From the NCBI GenBank assembly GCA_965113315.1, contig OZ220364.1: 64,000 nt of DNA; one strand, given 5' to 3'. Made by a program: the position numbers and the translations under genes. The number at the start of each line of letters is the position of its first letter. Positions within the stretch are counted from its first letter, which is position 1. The DNA comes from Podarcis vaucheri (lineage: Eukaryota). The notes below the pieces were generated by a model. That model saw only the letters and a list, made by a program, of their open reading frames with translations, did no database searches and was not told the origin of the DNA. Positions 23,835 through 39,015 of the stretch are shown here, one piece after another.

Positions 23835-26800
23835 TACTGAGAAACATCATGTCACATATATCACACACAGAGACAAGCAACAGTCATTATTATGTAGTTG
23901 CTATAAATGACCAATCATATCATCGTATAAATGACTGGAGGCGTGTACCTTTTAGGTTGGACAGCAAAGTGGGGATGGTGGTGTGAAAATGGGAGAAGGC
24001 TAAGAAGGCGGCTGAACCAACAGTATAGCGTTTCAGTTCATGCAAACAACGAGCACTGTGGTGTTTAGCTGTCACACAGTCGCTAGCCTTTGTCCCATTT
24101 TCCACTGGGAACAGGAAAATGGCTTGCAGAATAGATTCCTAGAGAGAAAATAAGTATGAAGTCACTTCTAGTACTGTTGGTTGAAAGGCAGGACATAAAA
24201 AGGGAACATAAATAACTGGCATGAGATTGTGTTGGTTTTAAACAATATTGTAAGATGCGATGTGATCAAGGGGTGGGGCGATATGGGTGATGTGCTGGTA
24301 GGTCTCTGGATGATTCGCACTGGATCAGGAAGGATTTTTGTTTTACAATAGCTGCAACAAAATTGCTTCCTGAGGCCTTAAATTATACTGTTCAGATGAA
24401 GGGATAACCAGGAGTGGGGTTTTCTGTGGAAAGATGGTGAGTTCTGTTCAGTTCCATTAAAGATTCCAGAGTCCAAATGAGACAGGACTAGTTAAATTTC
24501 TCGGTACATTTAATGAGCACATTTCCACCCCTGCTATGTTTCAAATGACAATAGCTGGTCTGAATCTGCTATTTAGATTGGGATGAAATCTCCCTTGGTG
24601 TCATTTAGAGGGATTCGAAGTCACATCTAGCTTGGGCCTAAGGGAAGATTGTGAAATAAAGTCTGTGGTTTTCCGTAGAAGTTGATTCATCCCATGCTCG
24701 TAACAAGGGGTCACTCCCATAGTCACTGTGCTTAGGGGTGCTGATCTCAGTGGCTAGACATATCTTTAAACACCACAGCTACAATCCTTATTTTGTTGCT
24801 CATTGAGACTCAGGTTACAAATTCAGCAAAACTGGAAAGCTTTTCCTGGATCATGCTACAGCTGGCTGCAAGTAATAGTTGGTGGTAGTGGTGACTGAAC
24901 CCATACGAGAGCTTCTCCATTGGGTAGGGCATATGAAACTCCAGCTTCTTGCACGTCACACGTGTGACATCATGCACACGACATTGCCCCCCCCCAACTG
25001 CCTTCGCAAGCTGGTGCCTCTGGGGCCAGGAGTATGAGGTTGGGGGGGGGATTCCTCCATCTCCTCACCTCCCATTAAAGCTATTGCAAGGGGCAATAGA
25101 GTAAGCAGCTCTCTTTTCCAGGCCAATTTCCTCCCCCACTGCAAAACCACCCTAAGATAATAATAAAAAAGAAATAGTATGCTGAATTATGCACACAATT
25201 GACAGCACACTGTGAGCTGAACTTGAAGTAAAGGAAACAAATATGGAAAATCAACATCAGAGTTCCTGGCGTGACTATAGTTCTCTTTATTGTAGCTGGA
25301 TAGATTGGAATTGTTAGTCATCACGCAGCATTTATATTAGGTGCTATATTCCCTTGGCAGCGGCAGAGTAAACTGATGATGAACTGGTTGTGTTCCCTCA
25401 AATTTCCTTACGCTAATGAGAGCCTCTTAGCATTGTCTTGGATTTTCTTTTATCATAATGACATTTTCCATGATTTGTGAGATGTTTCCAATATGAACAA
25501 TTCAGCAACTTAGAAAGCAGCTGGCAGGAACTCCTGCTCCCACCCACCTGCCTGGGAATAGGATTGGCTTTTCCCTTTCAGGAAATAGATGGATGGCTGG
25601 TGCCTCTACACAGCCCTGGAGCATGGCCTGAACCACATGGGATGCCCTAGCCAATGACAAGGATCCATTTCTCCTACTTCTGAGCTTCCTGGTACATGAG
25701 CTTTTTGCCACTGCAAAACCATATTTTGGCCCTGGAACATAGCTTGAAGACTGGCTAAATTCAAAATATATTGACAAAGCATTTGAGAATTCATCTTGCA
25801 AACAACCCCTCCTACACAACTGCCTGGCTATCTATTTTCAGAATGGACAGTAGCATTTTATTGTACAGACATGCATTTCTTTAAGACACCGTTGCTGAAA
25901 GATATATTGTGCAGAACACTTAGTGCCTGCAAAATATTATGAGTCTCCAGTTGGATCAGGAGATTTTCCAAAACAAAGAACACATTGCTAATAACAAAGA
26001 GCTGTGAAAAATAAAACAGAATTTTTTTAGTGCCTTTAAAAAACAGTTTGATGTATTTGTTTGGAACAGAGGCATATTTAAATAACACCTAAAGGCATAA
26101 GGCTAGGTGAAATGGCTTAGATATGGAATTGCACCAGCATATTTGTGGGTTTCACCTTTGGGGAGATGACAGGAAGATGATCCTTGGAAATGACAGAAGC
26201 TTAAGTTATTGCCAAAGGTTCCACAAATTATAGAAGTTGCTGCAGCCATGTACTTGGACCTATCTCACTCTGACAAAGCATACTTCTCTTTTGCAGTAGC
26301 CAACTGTTGATGAAGTACCAGAATGGCTGTTTTGTTAAGCAATTGCCTGATGATGTTGTCTTTTCCCTGAAGGCCATCTTGTCCTCCTGGGAGCCTGTCC
26401 CTTCAAGAGCCTGCCTTTCCCAATCCACAAAGCCCAATGTGAATAGCCTCTAGTGTTTAACTGAAAGTGTTTTATTGCCAAATAGTTTAGACCTTTCAGT
26501 CACTACCCAAGATTCCCTGAGATCCAAATACATGGAGCTGTGTCTATGTCATAGAGTCAGACCCATTGAAAATAATGAATTTAAATTGCTCACGTCCAAG
26601 GATTTCAGTGGGTCTATTCAGATAGATCCAACCCACTGCTCTTCCACTGTGCTTTCAGCACTGCTGGGCACAGGAATCACCTCAGTATCTTCAGGTGGGA
26701 GACAAAGACATTTGTATGCAAATGAAGGATCGAAAGTGATCTTCAGTGATTGGATAGTTTTAGAAAGTTGCTACAGTTATGTTGTTCTGGAGCTCTATAT

Positions 26801-28299
26801 AAGCAGGCTGACGGAGCTCTTCAGTTCAGTTCTGTTGTGGCCTCTGAATAAAGAAGAGCTGTTTGATAAATCGCTGTGTCATCTGATATGTTTACCCACA
26901 ACTTAACATTTACCATGTTCTTTTAAAGATCCAGTTAGCTTGATATCTACCCAAGATTAGACATTTGAAAACTACCCTGGAGTTTAAAGCTAGGAACAAC
27001 AGTATAACGGTGTCGATATGCTTCTAGGAAGCAACAATATTTAGAGGGCATTTGAATCACAGCCTTGTACAAATCGCTATGGTCCAACAAGCTATGATTC
27101 CCTAGGTTGCATACAGTGCCAAGGAAGAGGTTGTGGTTTGTTGCTCCTATTCACACTGAGGGAGGAGCAAAATGGCAAACCATTAAACATAACATGCAAT
27201 TTCAACCTATGTGTTTTCATATTGTCATTTACTTAAGCCACAGGAGTAATTCTATTGCCTTCATTCGTAAAGGCCTGGCAAGCGAATTCTGATGTTCCCC
27301 ATTATGGGTATTGATCTATGTCTCATGCACTCTGCGCCTTTATAAGTTAGCACTCTTTTCTTTTCTTTTTTTACAGTGGAAGAGTTATTTTAAATAAATA
27401 CATTTCTCCTAAACCCAAATGATTGATGAACTTGGGATCTCGCAAAGTTTATTGTTGCAGCAGAAAGACAGAGTGGAAAGTTTATTCACAGCCCCTGCTA
27501 CCCTCCTGCATGGAATCTTGATGGTTGGACGTGAAGAGTAACAGATCAGATTAGTTGCTGCCTGGTGATTTATTAATGAGGAGTGCATGATGAATGGAAG
27601 CCAGGATTTATACCTAGTATAAGAGTAACAAGCAATATTTATAGCGGCTTATGGCAGATTCCATCTCTGCATCAGGCCGGATGCTGATGATGTCTTTCAC
27701 AAATCATGTGTCTGCTGTACAGAATCATGTGAGCTTAACGTTATAAAATCTTTAACCATCAAAATAATGTGAACTGGGTTTTTTTTTTAATTTAAAAATC
27801 TAACCTCCCCAACTCATTGATAAATCACATTATGAGTTCTTTGAACTGAATGCTTTTCTAGCCACCTCAAAGTCATGAGCGCCAAAACAGAAATTGTACT
27901 TTCAGCACCAGGCGTGGGTGGTGGCAAAACTTTGAATATGGTCTTGAGCAATTTCTTTTGGCGAAGCTTCTCTTTCTGCATAATATACGGACTTTAGCAG
28001 TTGTGTCTTAACTTAAATTCTGCCAATTTCAAGCTCTCTCCACCCCCTACTCTGCCCCAATCACATCCTGAAAACTACTTTGAAAGTTGGCAAACACGCA
28101 GGCCTTAGATGCTGCATTCAAAATTTGATTAGATGGTAAGGTTTGATTGAATCTGGCAGGTGTTCTGAAGTTTTGTTCTGAAGTAACAGTGTGCAGAAAA
28201 AGAATTTTAAAAAATCATTCTAGGTTTCTGGATGCCACTGTTTCATGATATGCTCAGTGCTTGTTTTGTTTCCATTCATCTACTTGCTGATTTTATGGG

Positions 28300-28692
28300 T
28301 TGTTGTTGGCATCCGTTTGTCTTGAGAGACAATGGAGTGTGCCTCCAGGGGTGAAGTCAAACCATGGAGAATCAGAGTGCCTGCAGAGACCAGTAACTTG
28401 CAGCTGCTGCTTCCTGTGTTGTTTTTGCTGCATTAGCAGCACAAAAGTGACCTTCCTGGGGCACAAACCTGGGGAGTGTGTATGGAGCCCCTGGGCTGCC
28501 CAGACAACAAGACACCCTTCTTGGCCTCTCTGATGTGGTCCAAAGGAAAGCAGAGCAATACATTTGGCACCAGCTTGGCTGCAGGAGCTGCCAGAAGGAG
28601 GTGTACAAGATGCCATCCAACAGTCTTACATTTCTGTAGGGTTTACTCCTTAGCCTTTTTTTCTCCTGAAGGTGTCCCACAAGACAGTGGTT
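28300..28692 (-). mobile_element. RTE-tailed non-autonomous retroposon
   Basis: Minus-strand 3' end ccattgtctctcaagacaaacggatgccaacaacaa resembles an RTE tail; boundaries approximate. Confidence 0.45.
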
Positions 28693-29701
28693 AACTTATA
28701 ATGTTTCTTTCAACAGCCTTGGAAGGCATACCAGTATTGCCATCTCAGTATTATGAAAGCCAGTGTGTTGCAGGAGGGAAAATGTTAGGTGTGCACTTGG
28801 TTCAAATCCTCCCTCAGCCATGAAGCTTTTGGTGTGACCATGGGACAATCACTATCTATAACCTAACTAATTCACAGGTTTGCTGTGAGGATAGAATTCG
28901 GGTCACTAATATAAGCAATGGCTAGGGCTCAGTGGCTGCAACTTTCATGTCCTATCTTTCCGTTCCCCTCCTAAATTCTTCAGTCAAAAAACCTCTCCAG
29001 AGGGTCAGTGGGCATCATGAGCAGCATGAATCTGCAGTATCAAGGGGGGATTGGGCTTCCACAGAGCAGCACTCAGTTGGCACAAGATCCCTTCACTGGA
29101 TCTCAGGCTAATCCTTTCTCACAATGCAGGTCCACTTGGACAGCTGCTGCATGCGATGTTGCATGATGCAGTGGGAGAGTTGAAGCCAAGAGATAGGAGC
29201 TGTTTGATGTCTTCCTCGTGACAGGCAAGAGCCAGTCTAATGCCAACCACGGGGTGGGTTTATCTCTCCACACAGTGTGATGGGCTGCAGTGTCTCCCCT
29301 ACTCCACATCTTTTGGATCATGCACAAAAGGAATTGGTAATACTCAAGCACATAATGGATTGCTGCAGGAATTCCGAATTCTGCCTGAGGTTTTGGCAGA
29401 ATGAAATCATTTTGGAGAGGAGTATAATGTTTCTGCTCATACATCCTTTCTCTTCTGCTGCTCATAGTCCACCATTTCTACCAATCTACTGCCTCAGAAA
29501 AGAGTCTCAAGAGACTGAGTCACACAGCAGGAAGCCCCCCCAACTAACTATTGTTGCTGTCAGGGACTCAGTAGGTGACCTTAGACAAGCCACCGTCTCT
29601 TGGCTTCAGCTCTCCATCTGTGCCATGTAGCATCGCATGTATGGTGCTAGAACTAAGTACCAGCAAGTTCCAGCTGAAAAAGAAGCCCTATGACCTTACA
29701 T

Positions 29702-30025
29702 AGAGCCTAGGGTTTGCCGATCAGAAGGTTGGCAGTTCGAATCTCTGCAACAGGGTGAGCTCCCGTTGATCGGTCCCAGCTCCTGCCAACCTAGCAGTTC
29801 GAAAGCATGTCAAAGTGCAAGTAGATAAATAGGTACCGCTCTGGTGGGAAGCTAAACGGTGTTTCCGTGGGCTGCTCTGGTTTGCCAGAAGCGGCTTAGT
29901 CATGCTGGCCACATGACCCGGAAGCTGTATGCCGGCTCCCTCGGCCAATAAAGCGAGATGAGCACCACAACCCCAGAGTCGTTCGCAACTGGACTTAATT
30001 GTCAGGGGTCACTTTACCTTTACCT
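29702..30025 (+). mobile_element. Sauria SINE
   Basis: Same body and tttacctttacct tail as the other copies. Confidence 0.9.
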
Positions 30026-32849
30026 AAACATAGAAGAAGAGATATGATTTAGCTATAAACTTTAAATTACTCAGTTTAAAGAATATACCTTATTGTATGA
30101 AGCCCAAGAACCACCAGTTAATTGGCTGGCTGTAATATTTATTATAAGTGGCTTTTTGCTTCCTCCACCCAGCCCGTGGCAGATTAGATCTGAGCCTCCT
30201 AGCAATTTCATAAATAATTTCCTCCCGTTTACTGCAAATCAAATATTTCATTCTCTTGTAGGTTTTCCTTTTCAGGCAATTCCCATCTGCAGAGTGTATT
30301 AAATGTGGTTGCTATTCCTTGGATCTATTATTTCCTCAACAAGGAATGTTTCACATTAAGCCAGAAAAAAGAGAGAGACTCAGTTGAGCACTGTAGTTAT
30401 AAAATTGACAAAGCCTCCATCCAGAAGCTGTCAACTCCATCTCACCCCTTCTTTTTGGGAGTCATGTCCATTATTTTTACTCAAGAAACAAATAGAAGCT
30501 GTTGTTTCAGTGATGTCGCTTGACATTCAGTCAGTTCCGAGAAACCATTTTTTCCACTGTAAGCTAGTTCACAAAATGCCAGTAGCTCCTGTTTTCTTTT
30601 CTTTTATTACTGGAAGAAAGCCATGTGTGGTGAGAGAACTGGGAATCAAGGCTTTCTGAGTTCTAGACTAGCTCCAGCATGAACTCTGGGTGCCTTTATT
30701 TTTGCAAAATGATCAGGAAATGTCCTGATCAATTTGCAAAAATAAAGGCACCATATTTGGGTCCTAGATTTGCATCCTGCCATTCCTTCGAGAATGGTGC
30801 ACGACAGTGGTGTAGCGTGGGTTGCCAGCATCTGGGGTCGTGTGGGGTGGGGGTGAGATAGAAGAAAACAGATATGCACGAGTATTCAACTGCCTAATGG
30901 CATCCGTGCACCCAGGAGATTGCAGCTGCAGAGATAAGCAAAGGAGAGTTGTTCCGTTGTAAGGAGAGGTCACTTCCTGGTTCACATGGAGAAGCTGTTT
31001 TCAGTGGAGCCCAGCAATGAAAGCACACAGGTGTATTGAGGCAGCACCAGGTGTTGAAATGTTGAACCTCTAAAAAATTTGCACCTGGGGCACCCGCCCC
31101 TTGCCTCTGCCAGGCTACACCAGTGGTACACATTAGGTTAATGCATTTTATCCTCACAACAACTCTGTGAGGTAGGTCAGGTTACAAGAGAATGATTGGC
31201 CCAAAGTCACTCAGTAAGCTCCATGGCTTAGCTGGAAGTTTAGTCCCATTTCTCCTTGGATCAAGTATTTATCCACAACGCTCTGCATGGCCTTTCGATA
31301 CTGAAGTGGCAGTGTTTCTGAAGTACTCCTCTGTGTGCGCACAACAGTTTATTGAGTGAAATTGCACAGAAAATGAAAGCAGTAAGAAAGGATCCATGTG
31401 CAAAGGCAACTCAGGCAGGGGGCGTTAGTTGTCCTGTCTTCTGTAGGCCTCAGACATACTGTATAGGCATCTAATGCTTTTCTTTTTTATAGTAATGGCT
31501 CTTCCCCCCCTAGCTGAGAAATTATAATTGGTTCAGCAGCAGTGCCATATTCCTTCCACAGCTGAATGCCTTGATAGCCCTTGAGCTGAAGGAAGGAACT
31601 AGTACAACCACATAAAGCTCTTTGCCTTCTACTTCCCAGCAGGCATTAGTTCAATGAGAGAGCTGAGTTGTGGGAGAGGGGAAATGATGATTAGCCCATG
31701 TGGGCTGTCAATATTGTATTAGATAACGCTATGCATTCTGTGAAATCTAAACGAATAATCCTCTAGTAATGTTGGCAGTTGATGACTTCACAGGGCCTGA
31801 GCACTTAGGCTGACAAAATTAATGGAAGCATGTTAATTTTGTGCATGGAATCACTCTGGCTGTGTTGCCAATATGGTTGATGGTGTTTGTAAATAGGTAT
31901 CATTTTCCATCACGAATAATTTTTCCTCTATTCTCATTTGTTTGGAACTGAAGAAAGCTAAAAGCTTTCTTATCATTCACTTTGAGTCAGTGTTATTTTT
32001 GTTCTATAAGCTACATTCCAAATGAAGGCCAGATTTCACGATGCCATCAGAGCTGAAGCAGCAATAATTCCACTGGAGACTAAACAGATTTTCCTAATGT
32101 CAGTGTGATTTTCCCATCACAGAGGAAATCTGAACAGACAGGAGGCCTTTAATAAAATGTGGTGTATTGCAAGTTGTGTAATGGATGCTGAAGCCCTCTG
32201 AACACGATACACAGAGCAAAGAGTATGGGCATTATCAGAAAAAGGACATTTATACACAAATCAGGGATAACCTCAGCCCCTACATTTACCGACAAAGAAG
32301 TTTCAGGATTTAAATGTTTTGAGTAAGTCAGAAATGTGTTTTAATTAAGTAATCTGAAAATTTCCCCAAACTAGTTAAGCCAGAGCATTTTGATCTTTAG
32401 GTCTTTAGGGGCATTTCTTGCCTAAGGTCGAGGGGAGCTGAGCCAGATCAGATACGAGCAGCTCAGAGCATGTTCACACAGTGAGGTGTTAAAATGAGAC
32501 CTTGGAAGTCTTTCCCACTGACCGTGCCATATGCAAAGGTTGTTAATGTTGGATAGAGTTTGGGAGACACATCGGCCATGCTTTGTGGCAAAGGTAGGGT
32601 TCAACATTATGGAGCAATTTAAGAAAAACTCAATTGAAACCTGACATGTGAAAACACTCTGGGGTGTCTCTAACTAGGTTCTACTCAGAGTAGACCCACT
32701 GAAATTAATGGACCTAATTTTTCATGTCCATTCATTTTAATGGACTTGCTCTGACTATGACTAAAGTTGGATGCACCCACTTCAGTCGAACTAGCTCTGT
32801 TTTTTAGCCTTTCCAGTAGTGACACAAGCCTTATCCCGATGTCCTGAAA

Positions 32850-33800
32850 ATAATAATTTAATAATAATAATAATTTATTATTTATACCCCGCCCATCTGG
32901 CTGGGTTTCCCCAGCCACTCTGGGCGGCTTCCAAAAGAATATTAAAATACTGTGATACATCAAACATTAAAAGCTTCCCTAAACAGGGCTGCCTTCAGAT
33001 GTCTTCTAAAAGTCTGGTAGTTGTTGTTCTCTTTGACATCTGGTGGGAGGGCGTTCCACAGGGAGGGCGCCACTACCGAGAAGGCCCTCTGCCTGGTTCC
33101 CTGTAACTTGGCTTCTCGCAGTGAGGGAACCGCCAGAAGGCCCTCGGTGCTGGACCTCAGTGTCCGGGTAGAACGATGGAGGTGGAGACGCTCCTTCAGG
33201 TATACTGGACCGAGGCCGTTTAGGGCTTTAAAGGTCAGCACCAACACTTTGAATTGTGCTCGGAAACGTACTGGGAGCCAATGTAGGTCTTTCAAGACCG
33301 GTGTTATATGGTCTCAGTCACCAGTCTGGCTGCTGCATTCTGGATTAGTTGTAGTTTCCGGGTCACCTTCAAAGGTAGCCCCACGTAGAGCGCATTGCAG
33401 TAGTCCAAGCGGAAGATAACCAGAGCATGCACCACTCTGGCGAGGCAGTCCGCGGGCAGATAGGGTCTCAGCCTACGTACCAGATGGAGCTGGTACACAG
33501 CTGCCCTGCACACGGATTTAACCTGTGCCTCCATGGACAGCTGTGAGTCCAAAATGACTCCCAGGCTGCGCACCTGGTCCTTCAGGGGCACAGTTACCCC
33601 ATTCAGGACCAGGGAATCCTCCACACCTACCCGCCTCCTGTCCCCCAGAAACAGTACTTCTGTCTTGTCAGGATTCAGTCTCAATCTGTTTGCCACCATC
33701 CATCCTCCAACCGCCTCCAGACACTCACACAGGACCTTCACCGCCTTCACTGGTTCTGATTTGAAAGAGAGGTAGAGCTGGGTATCATCCGCATACTGAT
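32850..33800 (-). mobile_element. L2 LINE 3' fragment (ORF2 C-terminus, small internal deletion near 33315)
   Basis: HQYADDTQLYLSF, RLDYCNALYVGLP, LQLIQNAAARL, LHWLPVRFRAQFK, RAFSVVAPSLWNALP; simple-repeat tail. Confidence 0.93.
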
Positions 33801-34996
33801 GTAGTAGTAGAATCAATATGAGAAGGGTAATCAGGATCATTCTCATTGTCCAACCACCACTCTCAACATCCATGGGATGATGCACACAGATTGCATGTGT
33901 GTGCAATTTGTAGATGCTGCCACGAAACCATTGAAATGCAGATTTATTGACTGCATGGCAAGCTTATGCATGCCCAAGTTGTATGTGCATATGCTCTCTA
34001 CAGAAGGCAAAAGCAGAGGGTGAAATCCAAATCTGGCACACATGGATTCTACCTGTATATAAACTCTAGGTATGGGGAGGAATTTGATTCAGTTCACATT
34101 TAAATGCAAACCTACCTAATTTGCACTTTCTGAAACAACACACCAACTGAAACATAGCCATCCTTGGAAATTTGTACTTCTCTGAATTTTGCAGCGTACT
34201 TATCCATGCACAGAATTGTATATCTTAAGGTAAAGTGTGCATAAAAATAATACATTCATGAAACTGGCATACAAAATTGCATCATATTAGGGAAAGCAGG
34301 CTTTGTGAAAATGAGTATTAAGAGAAATTTGTACTCAAAAACCAGGGGGTCTTCATTTTTTATCATTATTTAGCAAAATGTATATACTGCCTGACTCTAA
34401 TTAGAACCTCTAAGTGGTTCATGAGTATTTTTTTTTTTGAATCACAAACAGATGTGGAAATGTGGAAAACTGAAAATGAGAAATGTGGAGAACAGGGGAA
34501 TGAGAAATGGAGAGAAAATGAAACGGACAGATTTGCACCCATCACACCAACACACGAAAGGAGGGAGAGTAGGGGATTCATTCTGTCTGCCATCTTGTGC
34601 CTTCCACCCAGTAGTGCTAGCATTTGTGTGAGTTCCATCTCACACATGCCATGTTGTTGCTTCCCAAGTTAATAACATCTTGAGTTATAGTCTTGCAGTC
34701 CATCAAAAGTTTCTCAGTATCTCTCGCCTGAGGAAACTGAGAGATGTTTGTTTCTCCTCTAACATCTATATTTACAGGGCTGGCTTTGAGGGTAGCCAGT
34801 TTGTTCCCAAGACAATTATCTTAAACTGGTAATTGCTTCCTTCTCCTAAACTAGTAATTTTGTCTTGTTTCTCCTCTCAGATTTACACCAATTGGGGAGG
34901 TGTCTTTTCAGCCACACTTCCTTCTTCATGAAGTCATTCATGTGTTGACATCAGTCTTCCCTGCCATCTTTTTTACTAAAATATATCCTAAGGCGT

Positions 34997-35345
34997 GGGA
35001 CGCGGGTGGCTGTGGGTTAAACCACAGAGCCTAGGACTTGCTGATCAGAAGGTCAGCGTTTCAAATCCCTGCCACAGGGTGAGCTCCCGTTGCTCAGTCC
35101 CTGCTCCTGCTAACCTAGCAGTTCAAAAGCACGTCAGAGTGAAAGTAGATAAATAGGTACCGCTCCGGTGGGAAAGTAAACGGCGTTTCCATGCGCTGCT
35201 CTAGTTCGCCAGAAGCAGCTTTGTCATGCTGGCCACATGACCCGGAAGCTGTACACCGGCTCCCTCGGCCAATAAAGCGAGGTGAGCGCCGCAACCCCAG
35301 AGTCGGCCATGACTGTACCTAATGGTCAGGGGTCCCTTTACCTTT
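34997..35345 (+). mobile_element. Sauria SINE, full length
   Basis: gggacgcgggtggc head, ccctttacctttt tail, TSD tatcctaaggc; inserted at the edge of a short palindromic MITE (about 35356-35490). Confidence 0.93.
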
Positions 35346-36875
35346 TATCCTAAGGCAGTGGTGGAACCTTTGGGTCTCTAGATGTTCTTGGATGCCAACT
35401 CTCATCAGCTCCAGCTAACATGGTCAGTGATAAAGGATGAGAAGAGCAAAAGTCCAGCATCATCAGGAGGGCCGCAGGTTGCCCAGTCCTATCCTGAAGG
35501 CTGCATACTAGGGCTGTACACACAACCCAAGTAATACCCATCTGGATTTTGAAAAGACCCAGAAACACAATTCAACTTGGCTCATGAAATCTGAGGAAGG
35601 CTGAAGTTAAGGTGGTCCAAGGGGTTTTTCCAGAAGCTTACTTGATAGGGTGACCTAAAGAACAGCCAAGGAGGTTAGGTCTTTGGTAACTTCAACAGCT
35701 GGGTATAAGAGGGATTTGGACAAATATAGCTGAGTCATGGAAAGATGAAAAGATGCACTTGCATAACAGTTATTGTTACAGTCAACTTGCTTTTCCCATC
35801 TCATCATCCTGTCTTTTCAGATGGCTTGATGTTGAAAATGAAGGTGACTTAGAAGCCACAGATGGGGAGTCTGTTATAAACAGAGGGAGCCATAGAGATT
35901 CTGGTACAAAGATCAAAGTGGAAAAAGAAGAATATGGGATCTGATAGCAAATATATCTTTTAGAGTTTGTTCAGCCAAACACTGCATCTGTAGCCTTGAT
36001 TTTTGACATAGTCCTACCATAGTTTAAAAACATCAAACTATGACATCTGGGGACTTTGCTGGTAGGGTAGAATTGTCAACTTCTCATTGATAACTGCTGT
36101 AGGAAACAAAATAGCCTGCTTCCTGTAAAGTCAGATACCTGGGAAACCAAGCACAGCACACTCTTCATCAGCACTCCTTGGCTGCTAGGGCTCCTTTTCA
36201 CCTGCTGTGTCTTAATAGCCTGGTTAAACACCATGAGTTTACCATGCCACAGGAAAGCTCTGAAGAGGTTGAGAGGAGTCTGCAGGCTTTGACCTCTCTC
36301 TTCACAGCAGAGCCAGAAAATAAACAGAGAGGCCAACCCTGCTTGCTTTTGGAGGTGGAAGTGGGATCCCCCATGTCAGGAAGCCAAAAGCCACTGTTTT
36401 AAGTGCCAGAGTTGGCCAACTGGGCGATAGTGTGCCCTGACTTAGTGAGTGTGCCTGAGACAAGCCTCTCTTCATTTAGACATGTGTGTGTCCCTGCCTA
36501 CCCCATTGTACTGTGCAATGAGATCTATGATAATAACAGTGCCAGTCATAGTGTCAGGATACGCGAGGTGCAGAATGTACTATGGTGTCTTGTTAGTGTA
36601 AAACAAGCTCTGCAAATAGCAAGCTGTCGTTGCTCCACTGCAAAGTGCAATGGAGGAGCTTGAGAGCCTGGAGATTGCTGTCAGACAAGCTGAACCAGCG
36701 TGCAGCCATGTGCACAGCAGCCCTTGTCCAGACAGCAATGTACATGCAAGAAAGAACCACACACCAAAACTTAACAGTGTATCTAATATTATTGTAGCTT
36801 AATGTCACTACGAGATGCTGAGGTTCGTTTTCTGGAAAGGAAAAGGAAACACAAAAAGTTTTGATCCTAAACTTA

Positions 36876-37237
36876 AAGGTAAAGGACCCCTGACAGTTAG
36901 GTCCAGCCGTGAACAACTCTGGGGTTGCGGCACTCATCTTGCTTTACTAGCCGAGGGAGCCAATGTTTGTCCGCAGACAGTTTTTCCAGGTCATGTGGCC
37001 AGCAGGACTAAGCCGCTTCTGGCAAAACCAGAGCAGCACACGGAATCGCCATTTACCTTCCCGCCAGAGTGGTACCTGTTTATCTACTTGCACTTTGACG
37101 TGCTTTCAAATTGCTAGGCTGGCAAGAGCTGGGACCGAGCAATGGGAGCTCACCCCGTCGTGGAGATTCGAACCGCCAACCTTCCGATTGGCAAGTCCTA
37201 GGCTCTGTGGTTTAGACCACAGCGCCACCAGCATCCC
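36876..37237 (-). mobile_element. Sauria SINE, full length
   Basis: 13-bp TSD gatcctaaactta (36863-36875 and 37238-37250). Confidence 0.93.
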
Positions 37238-38659
37238 GATCCTAAACTTACTGTGATGTTAAAATCAAAACCAAAAGTCACCTTTTGGTCTACACACCCA
37301 TCACACACCCAGCTACCTACATCCTGAATGATCAAATCGCCCATATAGGACCTCTCACACACCGGAGGAATATCCTTGTCAAGAAATGATAACTGCTTGT
37401 ATCCAAAGGATGGGGTTCCTTTTAAGAGGACCCCAGAGTGACATCCTGATATATCTGATCTGGTGTGAGGGGCTACAGAAGGCAGATTTAATCAAATAAA
37501 TTCATATGCTCGCACAGGCACACTTTCAAGTACCCACATTGTTGTTTTTTTAAGATTCCAGCCTAGTTATTTATTTGTCTCCACTGTTGGCTTTCAGTCC
37601 ATTTCTTATCTAGTTTCACCTATGTGCCAGAGAAAGAGGAAAAAAAATCAGATTGAACATGAAGCCATCCAAAAAAAATAACACAACCAGGCGTTTTTGT
37701 TTTTTTAGTAAAGAAATATTTAGAATTCTATTACATCCCATTGACTCAGTCAATATAAAGTTAAGCACTTTTCAAACCCATTTATTTCAATGGGAGAAAG
37801 TTCTGTTACGGTACTATGTCCCTTAGGAACGGAAGTCCTTTAACAATCTCAAGGCAACTGACAAGGATCAATTAAAAATGAAAACCACAATTATTTAAAA
37901 GCGAGATAATACAAAAAAGATGAAAAGGCTTGAAAACAAAAAGACAGCCTCCAGCGATTAAAATTTCTACTAGTACAGCTTCCACAGCCCTAAGCAAGGG
38001 AGCCCTCTAGTGGACAACTATAATCATGGTAATCCGTTCCCTTAAATTTAGACCAAGGGATTGCTGTGCATGAGGCCCAACTAATCACATATTATATGTG
38101 GCATATAGATTCCATCTCATAATTAATTCCCTGTAAGAGTCAAAAACTTACAATGACAGGGGCAGGACGAAGTCTGAAAATAAGCCTAGTCCTGCCAATG
38201 GCGCTTCTATCTTATTGCCTGTTGTTTATTTTACTGTAGATTATGGGAATTTAATTTGGGACTTCTTACAAAGCATGAGCTGTCAGCCGTGGTTGCGTAC
38301 TGCATTTCCCGATTTAATAAATCATTTTAGAAACCATGAAGCACTTTTGACCTGCACTATTCAGGTCTTGCTAGTTCAGCACGACCTAATACTAAGACTC
38401 TTGCAATGTGCTGTACATTGGGTTGCCTTCAGTAATGGTTTGGAAAGTGGAGAATGCCATGTAAAATGCAACAGCTTTTTAAACGTGTCTGTGGGATGGG
38501 GATGATTGGTTTCTTCTGCTTTTGTTTTATAATGTATTTTGTGTTTCCATTTTGTATTTTTATGTTGCAAACTGCTCTGCGATGAGCGGTATACAAATTC
38601 GATAAATAATCAAATAAAAAGCTAGACTGGAACAAGGAAGCATGAACATGGAACAGTGG

Positions 38660-39015
38660 TTCCAGCTCGGCAGCACTGGCTACCAGTTATTTCCTGGGCC
38701 CAATGCAAAGGGTTGTTTTTCACTTTTAAAGCATTATGTGACTCGGGACTTCTGTCCCTAGAAGTCGACCTTTCCCCCATATGAACCTCCCTGAAACCCT
38801 GTTATTGTCCTCTGGCGCCCTTCACTGTGTCCCACCATCAAGCGGGGTCTGGAGTGTGGCCATGAGAAAACAGGCCTTTTATCTCTCCCCCCGCCACCCC
38901 CAATTCTCCCTCAGCTTCTTCTCACAGAAGCTCTCTCTCCAGACAGGCCTGCCTGGTACCAGCCTTGTCATTGTTTCAATGCCAGACAAAGACATTTTTC
39001 TCTCACCAGGCATTT
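38660..39015 (+). mobile_element. Old L2 LINE fragment
   Basis: Degenerate HWLPV..AQ.K..TFKAL coding remnant. Confidence 0.55.
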
